From assembly GCA_963682135.1 (NCBI GenBank), contig OY821645.1:1696001-1760000 (forward strand): a DNA stretch of 64,000 nt. The letters are read 5' to 3'. This document shows positions 1-9,698 of this stretch, one piece after another (the stretch's first letter is position 1; each line of letters starts with the position of its first letter). Position numbers and translations under genes: made by a program. The stretch comes from Methanothrix sp. (GTDB lineage Archaea > Halobacteriota > Methanosarcinia > Methanotrichales > Methanotrichaceae). The notes under the pieces are model-generated. The model was given only the letters and a program-made list of their open reading frames with translations, was not told the origin of the DNA and did no database searches.

Positions 1-2
1 GA

Positions 3-635
3 CAGATTGCTCGCGTTTTAGGAACGCGAAAATCTCTGGGAATGCCTGCCTCCTCTCTGCATGTGGCATCTGCCACCATGGACGCCGTAATCAAGGTACT
101 CCCCGATATGGATGTGCAAAATGCCATGCTTCTCTTGCAGAAGACCGGCGTTCTGGCGGTAATGGATGGCGAGAAGGTCCTAGGCTGGGTTCGTCCCAGA
201 GAGATATTGGCGACTGTAAATGTAAGCGGCATGGCAGCCGATGCCATGCGTTATCCTCTCACCTGCAACCCTAATGATCGGCTGGTTCACGCCCGGCGTA
301 TGATGCTTGATAGAGGCGTAGGAAGGCTTCCCGTGGTTGAGAGCGGCCGACTGGTGGGTATAATATCAGAACGGGATGTGGCCAAGTCTCTACGTGCCTT
401 CCGGGATCTGAACGATACTGCCAGCAAGCAATACGCACGCATCTACAATATCCTGGTATCAGATGTGATGACTCATGAAGTGAAGTACGTCTATGCCGAC
501 ACGCCTCTGGAGGAGGTCAAGAAGATCATTCTCTCTGAGAACAGAGGCGGCCTGCCCGTTCTCAGTCGAAGAGATGAGGTTGTAGGCATGATCACCAGGA
601 GGTCCGTCTTGGATTATCTGGTGAGGACCGGATGA
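3..635 (+). CDS. CBS domain-containing protein (5' partial; frame open to the window edge)
   Basis: Tandem CBS motifs (GRLPVVESGRLVGIISERDV; GGLPVLSRRDEVVGMITRRSV). The frame has no stop from position 3 to the ATG at 42. Confidence 0.85.
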   Translation, partial: QIARVLGTRKSLGMPASSLHVASATMDAVIKVLPDMDVQNAMLLLQKTGVLAVMDGEKVLGWVRPREILATVNVSGMAADAMRYPLTCNPNDRLVHARRMMLDRGVGRLPVVESGRLVGIISERDVAKSLRAFRDLNDTASKQYARIYNILVSDVMTHEVKYVYADTPLEEVKKIILSENRGGLPVLSRRDEVVGMITRRSVLDYLVRTG

Positions 636-1753
636 ATCTGGCAAGAGTTGCACAGAGACTAGGAATAACGGAGAGCAGGCTACAAGGCCTGCAAGAGACC
701 ATAATCAGAGAATCCGCCTGGCCCGAGCCTCGTTTGCTCCGCTTCGAAAAAGAGTCATCGGGGATCGAGGCCGGGACAGCTATTTTTGAAAATGGCGAGA
801 TCGTTTTTGGCTATCCCAAGATCCGCCGCCCCCTCATGCTCGCCGCGGCAATAAAACGGCATTTTCCCGAAACGGTGGCTGTCGAGGAGAAGATGAACGG
901 CCATAATGTGCGCATCCTATCTCTAAACGGTGAGATTGTGGCCCTCACCAGAGGCGGGTTTATCTGCCCATATTCTACGGAAGTAGCACGCCAGAAGATA
1001 CCTGAGATAGTATTCGAGAAACATCCCCAAAGGGTTTTATGCGGAGAAATGGTGGGCCCGGAAAATCCCTATGTAGTCAGCAACATCTATCCTACGGACA
1101 GCATTGAATTCTACCTCTTCGATATAGCCGAAAAGAACTGCAAAGGAACTTTAGGCGTGCATAGGACGCATGAGGTGGCAGAGGAGTTCGGCCTGCGGTC
1201 TGCGGCTTTCCTGGGCGAGTTTCATAAGGAGAGCGCTGCCGAGAAGATCAAAGAGATTGTGATCAAGCTTGGTAGACAGGGACGCGAGGGGGTGGTGATG
1301 AAAGACCCGGAAAACCTTGTGCCGCCGCTAAAGTATACCAGCTCCAGGACCAATTGCAGTGACCTGGCTGTGGCCTTTCGCTACTACAATGACTATGCTC
1401 TGGACTTCTTTGTCTCCCGGGCAGTGCGAGAGGGCTATCAGAGCGTGGAGTGGAAAGAGACGGAAGATGAGAGACGAGCCAGGGCTCTGTCTTTGGGAGA
1501 GAGCATACTCATGCCTTTAGTTGATACCATTGAAAGGGCTCAGCAAGGCGAAAATATTGTGCAGAAGGTGCAGATCCGGGTGAAAAACCTGCAGACAGCC
1601 AGGGATTTCGAGTATCACCTGCGAAGAAGCGGCATTCGCACCATCTTCGGGCCACCCGAGCCCGACGACGACGGCTATCTGATACGAATAACCAAGCTGA
1701 TCATGAGCACAAACGATAAAACCCAGGCGCTCCTGAATGGGGAAATGTGGTAG
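632..1753 (+). CDS. ATP-dependent RNA ligase, archaeal Rnl3/Pab1020 family
   Basis: Nucleotidyltransferase motif I EEKMNGHNVR, plus LTRGGFICPY, CGEMVGPENPY, GREGVVMK and PLKYT. ATGA overlap with the upstream CBS gene. Confidence 0.9.
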   Translation: MNLARVAQRLGITESRLQGLQETIIRESAWPEPRLLRFEKESSGIEAGTAIFENGEIVFGYPKIRRPLMLAAAIKRHFPETVAVEEKMNGHNVRILSLNGEIVALTRGGFICPYSTEVARQKIPEIVFEKHPQRVLCGEMVGPENPYVVSNIYPTDSIEFYLFDIAEKNCKGTLGVHRTHEVAEEFGLRSAAFLGEFHKESAAEKIKEIVIKLGRQGREGVVMKDPENLVPPLKYTSSRTNCSDLAVAFRYYNDYALDFFVSRAVREGYQSVEWKETEDERRARALSLGESILMPLVDTIERAQQGENIVQKVQIRVKNLQTARDFEYHLRRSGIRTIFGPPEPDDDGYLIRITKLIMSTNDKTQALLNGEMW

Positions 1754-1766
1754 AAGGCCAAAGCTT

Positions 1767-3020
1767 ATGAGCGAAATTGCAGATATCGAGATGCAGGGCC
1801 ATCTCATCGACTCGCAGATGCTGACAAGGGTCTTAGACAAGATCATGGATATGGGCGGCGAGTTTGAGATCAAGAACTTTCAGATAGGCCAGAAGAAGAA
1901 CGACAGCAGTTACGTACAGATCACCGTCACCGGCGAGGATGCGGCCCATTTGGACAGAATCCTGCTGGAGCTGCACGCCCTGGGGGCACGCCTCGTCGAG
2001 ATGGAGGATGTCAAAACCGGTATTGCTCCCGGCGATATGGTCGTTCCCCGGGGCTTTTACTCCACCACCAATCACCCCACCTATGTGCGCTATCAAGGGA
2101 CCTGGGTAGAGGTGGAGCACAACCACATGGACTGCCTGATCGTGCTGCAAGATGGGCGGGCGGTATGCACTCCCATCGGCCATATCAAGAAGGGCGAACG
2201 TGTGGTCATCGGCACCAGCGGTGTCAAGGTCGTGCCGCCCGAGCGTCCCCGCGAGAAGACTTTCTTCGGCTTTATGTCCAATGAGGTCAGCTCTGAGCGG
2301 CCCAGCGGAGAGCTGGTGCGCCAGCTGGCCGGCGAGATCGTGCGCACCAAGAAGGCGGGCGGAAAGATTGCCGTGGTCTGCGGTCCGGCTGTGGTTCACA
2401 CCGGCGCAGCACCATCGCTCGCCCGGCTCATCCGGGAAGGCTATGTGGATGTACTTTTAGCAGGAAACGCTGTAGCCGTGCACGACATCGAGCGGCAGCT
2501 CTTCGGCACCAGTCTGGGCATGAATTGCTCGGGAAATGCCATCTCCGGAGGGCATCGAAATCACCTCTACGCCATCAGCGAGATTATGGCCAGCGGCTCC
2601 ATCAAGAACGCCATTGCAGAAGGAAAGCTCAAAGGAGGCATCATGTATGAGGCTACCCAAAAAGGCATAACCTACATTCTGGCCGGCTCCATTCGCGATG
2701 ATGGGCCTCTGCCCGAGGTAATCACAGACACGGCCAACGCCAAGAACGCCATGGACCATGCTCTGCGGGGCGTGGACATGACCATAATGCTGGGCACCAT
2801 GCTGCACTCCATAGCTGTGGGCAACTTGCTGCCTTCCTTCGTCAAAACCATCTGCGTGGATATCAATCCATCAACTGTGACCAAGCTTATGGACCGGGGT
2901 TCGGCCCAGGCCATCGGCCTCGTTACGGATATCGGCATATTCCTGCCCCAGCTGGCCGAAGAGATCGAGAAGCAGAAGAACGGGCCGGATGAGAAGCCCT
3001 GCGAGGATCGCAAAACTTAA
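1767..3020 (+). CDS. TIGR00300 family protein (LOR/SDH-like, ornithine cyclodeaminase-like)
   Basis: GHLIDS N-terminus, GFYSTTNHPT, FGFMSNEVSSE, LAGSIRDDGPLP, KLMDRGSAQA. Confidence 0.85.
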   Translation: MSEIADIEMQGHLIDSQMLTRVLDKIMDMGGEFEIKNFQIGQKKNDSSYVQITVTGEDAAHLDRILLELHALGARLVEMEDVKTGIAPGDMVVPRGFYSTTNHPTYVRYQGTWVEVEHNHMDCLIVLQDGRAVCTPIGHIKKGERVVIGTSGVKVVPPERPREKTFFGFMSNEVSSERPSGELVRQLAGEIVRTKKAGGKIAVVCGPAVVHTGAAPSLARLIREGYVDVLLAGNAVAVHDIERQLFGTSLGMNCSGNAISGGHRNHLYAISEIMASGSIKNAIAEGKLKGGIMYEATQKGITYILAGSIRDDGPLPEVITDTANAKNAMDHALRGVDMTIMLGTMLHSIAVGNLLPSFVKTICVDINPSTVTKLMDRGSAQAIGLVTDIGIFLPQLAEEIEKQKNGPDEKPCEDRKT

Positions 3021-3056
3021 ATTCGCATGGGTCTGTGGTTTTCTGGTTTTTTTGGG

Positions 3057-3131
3057 GCCGCCGTGGCTTAGCCCGGTTAAAGCGGCTGATTCGTAATCAG
3101 CAGTTCATGGGTTCGAATCCCATCGGCGGCT
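3057..3131 (+). tRNA. tRNA-Thr(CGT)
   Basis: Acceptor stem GCCGCCG/CGGCGGC; anticodon arm GCTGA-TTCGTAA-TCAGC; T-loop GGTTCGAATCC; CCA not encoded. Confidence 0.95.
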
Positions 3132-3222
3132 TTATTCTTTGTATTATCGAATGAATATCCCGACTGCATTCAATAATTGGCGACAGTTAAACCTAAATTC
3201 TAATAATAGTAATGATTTATCC

Positions 3223-4416
3223 ATGCAGATGCAAGCCAAAGCTCTAATTATTATTGCAGTACTCATATGCCTTGGCACTGCAGAAAGTGTTCCCTTCCCG
3301 CCACAATATCCTGAGGAGATTATAACTGTTGGTGCCCTTTTGCCGCTTCATGGCGAGAGCTGCAACTATGGAATATCTGCCCAAATCGCCTTGCAGATAG
3401 CTGAGGCGGACATCAACAAGCTCTTCTCCGACCTGGGCAGAACGAAAAGAGTCCACGTAGTGGTTGAGGACACACAATCAGACCCTGACATAGCCCTGAA
3501 TGCCTTGAAAGCGCTGCAATCCCTTGGAATAAAGATCATAATAGGGCCGGAGCAGAGTCAGGAATTAGCCAATGTGCGCGAATATGCCGATCAAAATGAA
3601 ATCATCCTGATAAGCTGTGCCAGCACAGCGCCTTCTCTTGCCATCAGAAACGACACGACCTTCAGGCTCGTGCCTGATGATGACACTCTAGCACACTCAC
3701 TGGCATTTTTGATGCAAAGAGACGGCATAAAGACACTGATTCCGCTGGCTCGAAGAGACCTTTGGGCCGATGGTATGCTCAATGCCACCAAATGCGAGTT
3801 TAAGGGAGAAGACAGAGTAATGCGAGAAGCGGTACGCTACGCTCCTCAGACCACGAACTTCTCAAGCCAACTAAACCTCCTGCGCTCAGAGGTAAGAGAT
3901 GCAGTCGAAGGCAACGGAGCGAACTATGTGGCCGTCTATGTGTCAGCATTCGACGAAATCGTCACCATCCTATCGCAGGCATCCGGCGATCCCGTGCTCA
4001 CTTCGGTCAGATGGTATGGCAACGACCTTACCAACGCGGCAATAAGTCAGAATAAGACAGCAGCAGAATTTGCGCATTCCGTGCATCTCCTCTCACCGGT
4101 AATTGGCGGAACATGCGGACCCAAATATGAACAGATCAAGAAAGCAATCTTCAATGAAACCGGACGCGAAGCCAGTTCCTTGGTAGCCAACGATTATGAT
4201 GCACTCTGGCTTATTACCTATACCTGCTTATTGACAGGCTCCGATGATACAGGAGCATTCAAACTGACATTTCCCGTGGTTGCAGAAAGATATCGAGGCG
4301 AATTTGGATGGATGAAACTGAATGAAGCTGGGGATTTGGAAAATGTACCTTACACCATAGCCAATCTAAAGAAGGATAATGATACCTTCCAGTGGGTGCC
4401 CTACGCGATTCTGTAG
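3223..4416 (+). CDS. Extracellular ligand-binding protein, branched-chain amino acid ABC-type (periplasmic-binding type 1)
   Basis: Signal peptide, then ITVGALLPLHG, VVEDTQSDP, ILISCASTAPSL, FRLVPDD, YDALW. Start placed at the ATG preceding the hydrophobic stretch. Confidence 0.8.
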   Translation: MQMQAKALIIIAVLICLGTAESVPFPPQYPEEIITVGALLPLHGESCNYGISAQIALQIAEADINKLFSDLGRTKRVHVVVEDTQSDPDIALNALKALQSLGIKIIIGPEQSQELANVREYADQNEIILISCASTAPSLAIRNDTTFRLVPDDDTLAHSLAFLMQRDGIKTLIPLARRDLWADGMLNATKCEFKGEDRVMREAVRYAPQTTNFSSQLNLLRSEVRDAVEGNGANYVAVYVSAFDEIVTILSQASGDPVLTSVRWYGNDLTNAAISQNKTAAEFAHSVHLLSPVIGGTCGPKYEQIKKAIFNETGREASSLVANDYDALWLITYTCLLTGSDDTGAFKLTFPVVAERYRGEFGWMKLNEAGDLENVPYTIANLKKDNDTFQWVPYAIL

Positions 4417-4441
4417 CTCAGATCAAAATTTTATAAACATT

Positions 4442-5959
4442 TTATCCGATGATCAGCCTGCCCAGCGTCACCAGGAATAGAGCCATGAGCAGCCATCCTA
4501 CAATGCCCTCCGCAATTCCCAGGTACTTATATCGCCCTCGCAAAGGAAGCCCTTTCGAATTGGCAGTAAAAGCAATTGTGCTGTAGAAGAGAGAAGCTAC
4601 CATTAGCTGGTGGCCGTGGATATCGTGAAAGCCTTCTACCCCCCTGCCGGACCAATAAATGAAGGCGAAAATGAGAATGATCACTAATCCGAAGAAGAGC
4701 GCATACTGAGGACGAACACCATAGCCACAGGTGAGCCACGCCAAAATATCCAATAACTTGGAAAAGCCGATCGGCTTATTGCCCTGATTTAAATATCGAA
4801 GCTCGTAGTAGCATTCATTGGCATCGTTGCTTTGACCCAGGTCCTTATAATTCTTGATCAACGCGAGATAGGCAGCACTATCGAAGCTGATTATATCTCT
4901 GATCTGGCTCCAACTCACCATCAATCTATTTATATCTGCTTTAGCCAGATAGAGACGAGTTGCCTTGCCGAAAGTTGAACCATCAAACACCATTCTGGCA
5001 ATTTTTGTGTTATTCATTTGCAGGTCGCCCTCAAAGGAGGCATTTGACATATCAGTAGGTGAGAGAAATTGCACATTATCGAAATTGGCATCTCTGGAAA
5101 AGAAGGTATCATTGAAGAATACCGGCCCATCGAAATTAGCATTTGAGAAAGTAGCCGTGTCCTCGAAGTAAGCTTGATAAAAGATAGAATCCGCAATAAA
5201 GCGAGATCGTGCGAAACTCGCCGGCCCGAAGAACTGCGTATGAATAAAGCCTACGCCATTTGAATACTTTGTTGCATGAAAATCAGCATTCTTCTCCAGC
5301 CGGGCATTGGAGAAGGTAGCGTAGGTATTAAACTGGCTGCCATAAAAATAGACATCCCCAACACAATTTGTCGATTCAAAGTTGGCATAGGCACCATTGA
5401 ACAGAGAGAAGGCAAACTGAGCATCACTCATAAATGATGCATTATAAAAAGTAGCGAATTTGTCAAACCAGACGCTTTCAAAGTCGGCTGCATTATCGAA
5501 ATAGGCAAAATCAAAATTTCCGCCTTCCTCAAAGCGGGACATATTGAAGATAGCTCCTCCCAGGAAGCGAGTCGCATTGAAATTCGCTGCCGTCATGAAT
5601 TTCGTTTCATTGAAAATAGCACTGCTCTGGAAAGTGGTATTCTCGAAATCCACATCTCCATAAAACGTTGTCCCTTTGCAGCTTACATTATCCATGAATA
5701 CGGAATTGGTTATCTTAATAGGATTATATTGCTGTTTATTTAAATATAGATCGCCTTTGATGATTACTCGGTCAAGGACAATGAGACTATTATTTCCATC
5801 TGCCATAACCTCTTGGGCCGATATCTCCCTTAGATGGATGGATTCCGATGAGGGCAACTCATCACTCGAAACGGCACCGTTCGCGAATACGATTAGAATT
5901 ACCGCCAGCAGGCATATCCTCAGGATCATTCCTTCACTCAAGCCCCAAGCCGCCTTCAA
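4442..5959 (-). CDS. Pentapeptide-repeat protein with C-terminal two-TM channel-like domain
   Basis: Signal peptide, many A(D/N)F-x-x-x-x-F repeats, then WLTCGYGVRP and hydrophobic helices ending EGIVGWLLMALFLVTL. Confidence 0.75.
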   Translation of the reverse strand: MKAAWGLSEGMILRICLLAVILIVFANGAVSSDELPSSESIHLREISAQEVMADGNNSLIVLDRVIIKGDLYLNKQQYNPIKITNSVFMDNVSCKGTTFYGDVDFENTTFQSSAIFNETKFMTAANFNATRFLGGAIFNMSRFEEGGNFDFAYFDNAADFESVWFDKFATFYNASFMSDAQFAFSLFNGAYANFESTNCVGDVYFYGSQFNTYATFSNARLEKNADFHATKYSNGVGFIHTQFFGPASFARSRFIADSIFYQAYFEDTATFSNANFDGPVFFNDTFFSRDANFDNVQFLSPTDMSNASFEGDLQMNNTKIARMVFDGSTFGKATRLYLAKADINRLMVSWSQIRDIISFDSAAYLALIKNYKDLGQSNDANECYYELRYLNQGNKPIGFSKLLDILAWLTCGYGVRPQYALFFGLVIILIFAFIYWSGRGVEGFHDIHGHQLMVASLFYSTIAFTANSKGLPLRGRYKYLGIAEGIVGWLLMALFLVTLGRLIIG

Positions 5960-6050
5960 AGTATCTAAACGTTTCCTTATTTTATAATTTTAGTGGAGAA
6001 GAGAAGCTCCACCCTGCGACCTCGATAAGTCAAAAGCAACTATTGTGACA

Positions 6051-7280
6051 TCAGAGAGCCAGCCGAGCTTGCTGGGGCACGATGACGCTGCCCAAGACCT
6101 TCAGCCGGTAGTCCTGCTGTAACGTAGACTTGAGCTTACCGGAGTAAACACTGAGAGTAATCTCTTTAGTCCGGCCATATCGACCTTTGCTGATCACAAT
6201 CGTATGCAATATGCCCAACATGTCCAGCTCTGCGATGAGATCGGTTATCCTGCGATGGGTTAAAAAATCGGTCTCAACCAGAGGACAGAGTTGTTTGTAC
6301 ATGTTGTAAACGGCACTGGTAGTAATGTTTCTTGTACCCTGTTCCTCTAATAGAACAATGCTATAGAGCACCAGCTTGGATTGAGTGGGTAGCGTCTTAA
6401 TAACTTCTTCCACTCTGTCTTGTTCAATTTTTTCCCTGGCGGAACGCACATGATCCTCGGATACAATAGCAGAGCGGGCTCTTTCGGCTAACTCTCCGGA
6501 TATGCGCAGAAGATCGAGGGCTTTGCGAGCATCTCCATGCTCTTGGGCAGCAAAAGCAGCGCAAAGCGGTATGACGCTCTCTTGAAGAACACCTGGACTG
6601 AAAGAGAGCCTAGCTCTTTGCTCCAGAATGTCCCTTATCTGCTCTGCATTGTAAGGTGGAAATATGATCTCGTCCTCACCTAGAGAGCTTTTTACCCTGG
6701 GATCGAGAAACTCTGTAAATTTTAAGTCATTGGATATGCCTATGATGCTGACTTTAGAACGGAGCAGATCTGAGTTAATACGGGAAAGGTTGTAAAGAAC
6801 ATCGTCTCCTTTTTTAACCAGCTTGTCAACTTCATCTAACATTATCACTACAACTTGTTTTGCTTCATCTACCGCATTTCGAAACTCTGCATAGACTTGA
6901 TCCGTAGGCCAGCCGGTCATTGGAATGTCTTTATCAAAGTGCCTTGCCAGGTGAGCTAGAATCCGGTACTGAGTATCTACCACTTCGCAGTTGATGTAGA
7001 TCACAGTGCACTTCATATCCCCAAAACCTGCTTCTTCCAGTTCTTTTCCTACGTACTTAGCAACTGCAGTCTTACCAGTGCCGGTTTTTCCATAGATAAG
7101 AACATTGGAGGGGGTTTCTCCTCTTAATGCAGGAACCAGAACAGATGCCAAGCCGTTGATCTCATTGCCTCTATGAGGCAGTTCGCTTGGCGTATAAGTA
7201 GGGCGCAAGACGTCTCTGGACTGAAATATGCCTCCTTGCGCTAATAAATCAGCAAATAACCCTTTCGAAATTGATACCAA
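6051..7280 (-). CDS. cdc6: Orc1/Cdc6 replication initiation protein
   Basis: YTPSELPHR, Walker A GKTGTGKT, Walker B LDEVD, GDARKALDLL and winged-helix GRYGRT. Confidence 0.97.
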   Translation of the reverse strand: MVSISKGLFADLLAQGGIFQSRDVLRPTYTPSELPHRGNEINGLASVLVPALRGETPSNVLIYGKTGTGKTAVAKYVGKELEEAGFGDMKCTVIYINCEVVDTQYRILAHLARHFDKDIPMTGWPTDQVYAEFRNAVDEAKQVVVIMLDEVDKLVKKGDDVLYNLSRINSDLLRSKVSIIGISNDLKFTEFLDPRVKSSLGEDEIIFPPYNAEQIRDILEQRARLSFSPGVLQESVIPLCAAFAAQEHGDARKALDLLRISGELAERARSAIVSEDHVRSAREKIEQDRVEEVIKTLPTQSKLVLYSIVLLEEQGTRNITTSAVYNMYKQLCPLVETDFLTHRRITDLIAELDMLGILHTIVISKGRYGRTKEITLSVYSGKLKSTLQQDYRLKVLGSVIVPQQARLAL

Positions 7281-7341
7281 GATAATTCCCCTCTAACAAT
7301 TTTTCTTGGGTCTTGAGAGATATTAAGAGTTATGGTGAACA

Positions 7342-7790
7342 CCCCCATGTTTCCAATGGAACTTAGGGGCCGCACCCCATGGTTTCCAGTGGAATGCAAA
7401 TAAAAAACGGCTTATCTACATGATTGATAATGAAATAAAAAAGGCCTGTTGTACGGTTGATTTTATTCATATATAAACTTAATTGCTATATAAGTAGTGG
7501 ATATCATGATTATTATATGCAGTACCACTCGTTTTTTTAAAAAAGAGATCCAGATCCACAAGTTTCAGGAATTAGAATATGCTTATTAAAAGCTGCTAAT
7601 AGGTTTCATATCGCGACGAGAGATCAGCTCTAAAGGAAATGCAACATAAACAATCGACATGCATGAGCTGGTTCGCAGGAGAACGATGAAAGGGCATCTA
7701 AAAGACGAATCAAATCATTTGGATCAATAAGTCCTCATGCGGCATGCTAGCGAGCAGTTGAGTCAATGTTCCAGTGGAAATCATACGGTC
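7342..7790. promoter_or_regulatory. Replication origin (oriC): ORB elements flanking an AT-rich unwinding region
   Basis: CCCCCATGTTTCCAATGGAAC (7342-7362), CCCCATGGTTTCCAGTGGAA (7375-7394) and oppositely oriented GTTCCAGTGGAAAT (7768-7781) match the archaeal ORB consensus. An AT-rich stretch at ~7400-7550 lies between them, directly upstream of cdc6. Confidence 0.88.
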
Positions 7791-7942
7791 TCTCTTGATC
7801 CACTAATATTCCTATCGCGATTCAATTTGTCTCGACAATTCTGGAGAAAAGTACCCGGAAGAGCATAACGCGTATGCCTTTATTCGTGTATGCTCTCTTA
7901 AGCCAAGAGACTGCGTATAACCAGTCCATGGAAACGGAAACT

Positions 7943-8203
7943 TCAAGCTACGGGTATGGTTTCAAGCTGGCTGGCAACATTCCAGATCAAAGTCCTGGTG
8001 TGAAGAGGAATATTGGGATCATTGCTTATCTCGTCAAGTATGGAGATAGCAGATGCAGCCTTGATTGCTTCACTTGTATTCTCACTCATGAGGATAGATT
8101 TTACGTTCTCTGCCGAGCGCCTGATGTTCCTCGGTACGGCATCATCGCTCATAATACGTTCTAGTACCTCAACGCATTGCTTAAGGACATTTTCAGCTGT
8201 CAT
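7943..8203 (-). CDS. UPF0147 family protein
   Basis: [12 protein letters not shown] and [20 protein letters not shown] signature. Confidence 0.9.
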   Translation of the reverse strand: MTAENVLKQCVEVLERIMSDDAVPRNIRRSAENVKSILMSENTSEAIKAASAISILDEISNDPNIPLHTRTLIWNVASQLETIPVA

Positions 8204-8319
8204 AGAATCACCCACCCATGTTTCTGGGAAAAAGGTTAATGATGATATTCGCCTTAATCAGTTTAGATGTGATGATATAGTCGTTGTATTTAAACGTATG
8301 TGGCACGTAGGTATGAGAC

Positions 8320-8784
8320 ATGGATGAGGATGAAGTTCTTAGCAAGATAACCAGGCTTCTGGAGCAGGGCTGCACTATGCTGGCCACGCATCATGACTGT
8401 GGTGCACCTCTTTTTCGTTGCCAGGGTGAAGTCGTCTGTCCTGTCTGTTCTTTTGCCGATAAACCTAATTCGCCGGCAAAAGAGCAGCCATCCGGTTTAT
8501 CTGGGGAAAAACTGGATGAGAAATCAGATCTTGGTCGCGCACATTTGCTGGAGAGAGATGAAATTGAAGATCGGCCTGCTGGTGCAAGTGCAAGACCGAC
8601 TCAGAAGGGCAAACAGGGCGATGACGAATTGTCGGTAGCTATTGGTAATCTGCGTGCTACTCTCTTGGCAAGGCTGCGAGAGCTTACAGTAGCTGTGCAA
8701 GATGAGCATGATTTGCATATGCTTAAGAGGCAACTCGATTGCCTGGAAGGATTGCTACGGGTTCTACGATCCTTGCAGGGGTGA
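8320..8784 (+). CDS. UPF0148 / Sjogren autoantigen p27-like Zn-ribbon protein
   Basis: LLEQGCTMLATHHDCGAPLF...VVCPVC. Confidence 0.85.
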   Translation: MDEDEVLSKITRLLEQGCTMLATHHDCGAPLFRCQGEVVCPVCSFADKPNSPAKEQPSGLSGEKLDEKSDLGRAHLLERDEIEDRPAGASARPTQKGKQGDDELSVAIGNLRATLLARLRELTVAVQDEHDLHMLKRQLDCLEGLLRVLRSLQG

Positions 8785-8861
8785 TCTATCATCTTTTTGT
8801 TTAATATCGTCTCAAATGCGGGGATTTTTGGATCTCCACTGGAAATAAAGGGGTTGATCAA

Positions 8862-9698
8862 TTGTTAATAAAGTTTTTTAGAAAGTGTGGTATATCTCTA
8901 ATATTATTTCTTCTTGTCCTGGCATTGTTGTGCATAACGGGCTGCCTGGAGCAGTCACCGCAGTTGGCTGTGATACCTCCGAGGTCAGCAGATCAACCGG
9001 AAAACCTTTCCTTGCAGATGGATTTTGATTCTGAATTGAGTAGCGACCTTTTTTGTGTGCGGGGTAATATTATGCTACCCGGCAATAGCAGCCTTGCTTA
9101 TCTCCTGCTCAATGCCACTCTTTGTCAGGGATCGACAGTGCAATTTGGCACAAAATACCTGCTGATGGAGCTTGAGCCTGAGCAGGATTACAGCTTTGAG
9201 ATCGCTAAAAATGTCAAAATTCCGGCTGGAGAATATGATTGTATCCTGGAGGCAAAGGGCCCTCAAGCTCTCTTGGCCAGAGAAAGCCGGAAAGTTAGTC
9301 TTGTGTCAGAGCAAAAGCCAATATTCGAGCAATTTCCGTGGCCGATAGATCTGGATCCGGATAACAAGGTCTCCAGGCAAGAGGATCTGCAAGTGCGAGC
9401 TGAAGAGGAGAGTGCTTTGCAGAATGAATTCTCAGAAAATGCTCCGCATAGGGAAGATTCTGGCGTCGTGACCGGAAAGGAAAAAGAATCAGTCAGTGCA
9501 AAAGACTCTTTGCAGGCGCCTTCGACCTCGTCTCGGGAAGGCAAAGGCAAGTTCATGGGCAGCATCACCTCGAAAAAGTACCATCGTCCGGATTGTCGCT
9601 ATGCCCTTAAGATAAAGCCGGAGAACTGCATCTACTTCCAGAGCATTGAGGATGCAGAGGGGCAGGGCTATCTTCCCTGCAAGGTCTGCAATCCTTAG
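8862..9698 (+). CDS. Exported (possible lipoprotein) protein with C-terminal Ada-type metal-binding domain
   Basis: Hydrophobic N-terminus ending ITGC; C-terminal GSITSKKYHRPDC...GYLPCKVCNP. Confidence 0.75.
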   Translation: MLIKFFRKCGISLILFLLVLALLCITGCLEQSPQLAVIPPRSADQPENLSLQMDFDSELSSDLFCVRGNIMLPGNSSLAYLLLNATLCQGSTVQFGTKYLLMELEPEQDYSFEIAKNVKIPAGEYDCILEAKGPQALLARESRKVSLVSEQKPIFEQFPWPIDLDPDNKVSRQEDLQVRAEEESALQNEFSENAPHREDSGVVTGKEKESVSAKDSLQAPSTSSREGKGKFMGSITSKKYHRPDCRYALKIKPENCIYFQSIEDAEGQGYLPCKVCNP

